A stretch of 64,000 nt of DNA from an uncultured delta proteobacterium (GTDB taxonomy: Bacteria; Desulfobacterota; Desulfobacteria; Desulfobacterales; B30-G6), in assembly GCA_963823335.1 (NCBI GenBank), contig CAWGLD010000006.1, positions 1 through 64,000 on the forward strand, given 5' to 3'. The first letter of the stretch is position 1. Every line of letters begins with the position of its first letter. The notes beneath the pieces are model-generated. The model had not been told where the DNA came from. It ran no database searches and was given only the letters and a program-made list of their open reading frames with translations. The position numbers and the translations under genes were made by a program. Positions 60,461 through 64,000 of this stretch are shown one piece after another.

Positions 60461-61182
60461 TGACGACGTTAGCGGTTGAAAACCTGGTTAAAGCATATCG
60501 TGGTAGAAAAGTCGTCAACGCCATCAGCTTGTATGTCCAAAGCGGTGAGGTCGTCGGCCTGCTGGGTCCGAATGGTGCCGGAAAGACAACGACGTTTTAC
60601 ATGACTGTCGGGATTGTAAAACCGGATGGGGGCAAGGTGCTTCTTGACCAGAACGACATTACCCGAATGCCCATGTATCAAAGAGCCAGAAGAGGTGTGG
60701 GTTACCTTCCCCAGGAAGCATCCATCTTCAGAAAGCTGACGGTCAGGCAGAATGTCATGGCAATTCTTGAAACCCTTTCGATTTCAAAGGAAATACAAAA
60801 GGAACGTGCATCGGTTCTGTTGACAGAACTGGGTATCGATCACCTTTCGAATCAGAGAGCCAGTGTTCTGTCAGGTGGGGAAAGAAGGCGGCTTGAAATT
60901 GCGCGTTCCCTCGTCACCGATCCGTCTTTCATCCTACTGGATGAGCCGTTTGCTGGCATCGATCCCTTGGCGGTGATCGACATAAAAAAAATCATAAGCC
61001 ATCTCAGAAAAAGAAATATCGGCATTTTGATATCGGATCATAACGTGCGTGAGACCCTTGAGGTTTGTGATAAAGCGTATATAGTTAACAATGGTGAGGT
61101 GATCGAGTCTGGCCCTCCTGACCACATCGCTAGCAGCGAGCTTGCCCGGCGTATATATCTTGGGGATGAATTCAAACTTTAG
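60460..61182 (+). CDS. lptB: LPS export ABC transporter ATPase LptB
   Basis: GLLGPNGAGKTT, YLPQEASIFRKL, LSGGERRR, LLDEPFAGIDP, DHNVRETL. Confidence 0.95.
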   Translation: MTTLAVENLVKAYRGRKVVNAISLYVQSGEVVGLLGPNGAGKTTTFYMTVGIVKPDGGKVLLDQNDITRMPMYQRARRGVGYLPQEASIFRKLTVRQNVMAILETLSISKEIQKERASVLLTELGIDHLSNQRASVLSGGERRRLEIARSLVTDPSFILLDEPFAGIDPLAVIDIKKIISHLRKRNIGILISDHNVRETLEVCDKAYIVNNGEVIESGPPDHIASSELARRIYLGDEFKL

Positions 61183-61226
61183 AATGATAAAATGGCGTTT
61201 CACAAAATTCATGGAATGAATTGAAT

Positions 61227-62663
61227 ATGGCAATTGAACTCCGACAACAGCTAAAACTGACCCAGCAACTTATCATGACCCCACAGTTGCAGATGGCCAT
61301 AAAGCTTCTCCAGCTTTCGAGGTTGGAGCTCGTCGAAAAGATTCAGCAGGAGCTTGAGGAAAATCCTGCGCTTGATGAGGTACAGGAAACACTATCCCCG
61401 GAACTCGCCGGCGAAAAGACTGAGACAGACCCTGGGGTGTCCGAACAGACCAAGGAAGTAACCTTTGAAGAGAAAATGAATGAAGATATCGACTGGAGGA
61501 ATTATATAGAGGAATATAATTCTCCTGGCAGAATGCCGGTCGAATCTGAAGGAAGGGAAACACCTCAGTTCGATTCGTTTATATCAAAGAAAGAGTCCTT
61601 GAGCGATCATTTGCTCTGGCAGTTCCTGATGACATCTCCGGATTCAAGCGCTGAGAAGATTGGCAGTCTTGTCATCGGGAATCTGAACAGAGATGGGTAC
61701 CTGGATGTATCCCTGGATGAAATTGTAGAAACGAGCGGAACATCCCGCGAGGAGGTGGAGCGGGTCCTGGCCGTGTTGCAGACTTTTAATCCGATTGGTG
61801 TCTGCGCCAGGAATCTCAGCGAATGTTTGCTGATCCAACTCAAACATCTGGGTCTTGGCGACAACAGTATTTTGACTGAAATTGTCAAAAATCACCTACA
61901 TCATCTGGAAAATAAAAATTATCGGGCAATCTGCAAAACGCTGAAAGTTCGGTTGGATAATGTGATTGCAGCCGTTAATGTTATCAAGGGTTTAGAACCG
62001 AAACCAGGACGCGAATTCAGCGAATCCGATGTTCAATACATTACACCCGATATTTATGTCTACAAATCAGAAAACGATTTTGTGATTGTTCTCAATGATG
62101 ACGGTCTTCCAAAACTCCAGGTGAATTCATATTATAAAAAGGCCATGGTGCGGGGAGACAAAATCTCCGCCGAGACCAAGGAATATCTTCAGGACAAACT
62201 GCGTTCCGCTGCATGGCTTATCCGCAGTATTCATCAGCGGCAGAAAACGATCTTCAAGGTCATGGAGAGTATTCTGAAATTTCAGCGGTCCTTTTTCGAA
62301 AACGGTATCACCCATCTGAAACCGATGGTTCTTCGCGATGTTGCCGAGGATATCGAGATGCACGAATCGACCATCAGCCGTGTCACGACGAACAAATATG
62401 CCTATACGCCCCAGGGCATATTTGAATTGAAGTACTTTTTCAACAGTTCTATTAAGAGAATCCACGGGGACGCCATTGCCTCGGCGAGCGTGCAGGATAA
62501 AATAAAAAAGATCATTGAAAGCGAGAACCCTAAAAAACCATTCAGTGACAGTAAAATGGCAGATATGCTGAAGGATCAAAACGTCGATATCGCCCGCAGG
62601 ACGGTTGCAAAATACCGTGAGCTTCTGGGGGTGTTATCATCAAATAAACGCAAACAATTCTAA
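61227..62663 (+). CDS. rpoN: RNA polymerase sigma-54 factor
   Basis: MTPQLQMAIKLLQL, HESTISR, ELKYFF, RpoN box ARRTVAKYRE. Confidence 0.97.
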   Translation: MAIELRQQLKLTQQLIMTPQLQMAIKLLQLSRLELVEKIQQELEENPALDEVQETLSPELAGEKTETDPGVSEQTKEVTFEEKMNEDIDWRNYIEEYNSPGRMPVESEGRETPQFDSFISKKESLSDHLLWQFLMTSPDSSAEKIGSLVIGNLNRDGYLDVSLDEIVETSGTSREEVERVLAVLQTFNPIGVCARNLSECLLIQLKHLGLGDNSILTEIVKNHLHHLENKNYRAICKTLKVRLDNVIAAVNVIKGLEPKPGREFSESDVQYITPDIYVYKSENDFVIVLNDDGLPKLQVNSYYKKAMVRGDKISAETKEYLQDKLRSAAWLIRSIHQRQKTIFKVMESILKFQRSFFENGITHLKPMVLRDVAEDIEMHESTISRVTTNKYAYTPQGIFELKYFFNSSIKRIHGDAIASASVQDKIKKIIESENPKKPFSDSKMADMLKDQNVDIARRTVAKYRELLGVLSSNKRKQF

Positions 62664-62674
62664 GGAGATTTCAT

Positions 62675-63208
62675 ATGCACACATCTGTTACCTTCAAGAA
62701 CATTGATTCCTCCGAAAACTTGAGAACCTATGTTTCCGATAAACTCGATCGATTTGACAAGTATCTCTACAACCCTGCCGAAGCCAGTGTCGTCCTGTCG
62801 GTGGAAAAATTCAGGCATATTGCAGAAATTAACATCAAAGGAGACAGACTGAATATCAACGGCAAGGAAGAGACCGAAGATATGTATGCCGCCATCGATA
62901 TGGTTCTGGACAAGCTTGAAAAACAGATCAAGAAGAATAAAGAGAAATTGAGCGACAAAAGATCCGGATCCAAACATAGAGGGAAGGCTGCGATCTCAGC
63001 GGATTCCTTCCAGGGTGAAGATGATTTCGAAAAGCAGGTTAAAATCCACCATATTGAATACAAACCCATGGATGTTGACGAAGCTGTCATGCAAATGGAG
63101 CTGGTTGACGACAACTTTCTTGTTTTTACCAATGCAAGGGATAGTCAGATCAATGTCCTGTATCGGCGCAAGGATGGTCATTACGGGCTTATTCAGCCCA
63201 ACAACTGA
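62675..63208 (+). CDS. hpf: Ribosome hibernation promoting factor, long form
   Basis: DMYAAID..KLEKQIKK, KPMDVDEAVMQM, VLYRRKDGHYGLI. Confidence 0.92.
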   Translation: MHTSVTFKNIDSSENLRTYVSDKLDRFDKYLYNPAEASVVLSVEKFRHIAEINIKGDRLNINGKEETEDMYAAIDMVLDKLEKQIKKNKEKLSDKRSGSKHRGKAAISADSFQGEDDFEKQVKIHHIEYKPMDVDEAVMQMELVDDNFLVFTNARDSQINVLYRRKDGHYGLIQPNN

Positions 63209-63285
63209 AGTGGAAACCTGCTTCCAAGGAATACGACGCTCATGGCACACTGTCCACGGGCAAATCAGGTAATTGCGAGTAAAAA

Positions 63286-63744
63286 ATGAGAATTCTCGAA
63301 GCACTTAACAAGAATGCCATTATCGACGATTTAAAGGCAAAAGATAAAAAAGGCATTCTGGAAGAACTTGTCTTCCCTCTCGTCGAGACAACAGGGATAG
63401 ATCAAGACGCCCTGGTAAAAGTACTTATCGAAAGAGAACGACTCGGGAGTACGGGTATCGGAGGCGGCGTCGGTATTCCCCATGGCAAGCTGGCTGAGCT
63501 GAAAACGATCGTCCTGGGATTTGGTGTCAGCAGAAGTGGTGTCGATTTCGAATCCATGGATGGGAAACCGACCCACCTATTCTTTCTGTTACTGACGCCT
63601 GAAAATTCAACCGGACTTCATTTGAAATTGCTGGCAAGAATCTCCAGACTGTTGAAAAAAGGACCATTTAGGGAAAGACTCCTCCTGGCGCTTGACAGGG
63701 ATGAAATCTATCATGCCATCAGGGAGGAGGATGAAGATTTCTAA
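63286..63744 (+). CDS. ptsN: PTS IIA(Ntr)-like protein
   Basis: [27 protein letters not shown]. Confidence 0.9.
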   Translation: MRILEALNKNAIIDDLKAKDKKGILEELVFPLVETTGIDQDALVKVLIERERLGSTGIGGGVGIPHGKLAELKTIVLGFGVSRSGVDFESMDGKPTHLFFLLLTPENSTGLHLKLLARISRLLKKGPFRERLLLALDRDEIYHAIREEDEDF

Positions 63745-64000
63745 CCCGAATAAAATATATATTATCACGGGACGATCGGGCTCAGGGAAAAGTACTGCTA
63801 TTGCTGCCTTCGAAGATGCCGGATTCTATTGTGTCGACAACATGCCGGTGGCTCTTTTACCCAATTTCTTGAGCCTGCCCATTGAAAACGCCTCTGAACT
63901 TTCCGGATTTGCTTTTGTGATGGATCTCCGGGAAACAGGGTTTGTCGATAAATACAGACAGGTGTTTCGCTCCCTGGAGGAAAAAGGGTTTAGGTTTGAG
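63731..64000 (+). CDS. rapZ: RNase adapter RapZ (partial, runs off the window)
   Basis: ATG at 63731: [39 protein letters not shown]. Confidence 0.9.
   Translation, partial: MKISNPNKIYIITGRSGSGKSTAIAAFEDAGFYCVDNMPVALLPNFLSLPIENASELSGFAFVMDLRETGFVDKYRQVFRSLEEKGFRFE

Overview
A 64-kb chromosomal window from a Desulfobacterota bacterium. A Desulfobacterales-like sulfate reducer is inferred from gene content and order: tRNA-Sec, vor-type 2-oxoacid:ferredoxin oxidoreductase, DUF39 homocysteine enzyme and plant-type DapB. Positions 1-11.5 kb hold a type IV pilin locus: pilR, a sigma-54 promoter, pilA, two TMTC-like (GT-C + TPR) genes flanking a VKOR-DsbA fusion, an ArnT/PMT-like membrane glycosyltransferase, a DPM-synthase-like GT2 and a GT4. 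Nearly every gene below ~9.6 kb carries frameshifts that look like consensus sequencing errors. The rest is mostly intact housekeeping DNA: pyrC, lepB, pgpA, larC, M20 peptidase, selC, a K+ channel, an RND efflux triad, an ExeA/RelE-like/TPR cluster, manC, dnaE, guaB, sppA, rpsA, cmk, a vor operon, namZ, rnhA, plsB, a murU-amgK fusion, dapB, alaS, recA, thpR, an M23 peptidase, and lptCAB-rpoN-hpf-ptsN-rapZ. Best leads: (1) a possible TMTC-type pilin O-glycosylation plus disulfide-formation system; (2) a two-TM, coiled-coil protein ending in a RelE/HigB-like domain, between TPR-lipoprotein and ExeA-OmpA genes; (3) a kdsA-kdsC deletion scar in front of intact lptCAB; (4) dispersed elements bounded by inverted 8-mer arrays, one carrying a four-helix-bundle gene remnant; (5) a stand-alone MamI-like small membrane protein. 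All family calls come from motif recognition by eye; no database search was run.
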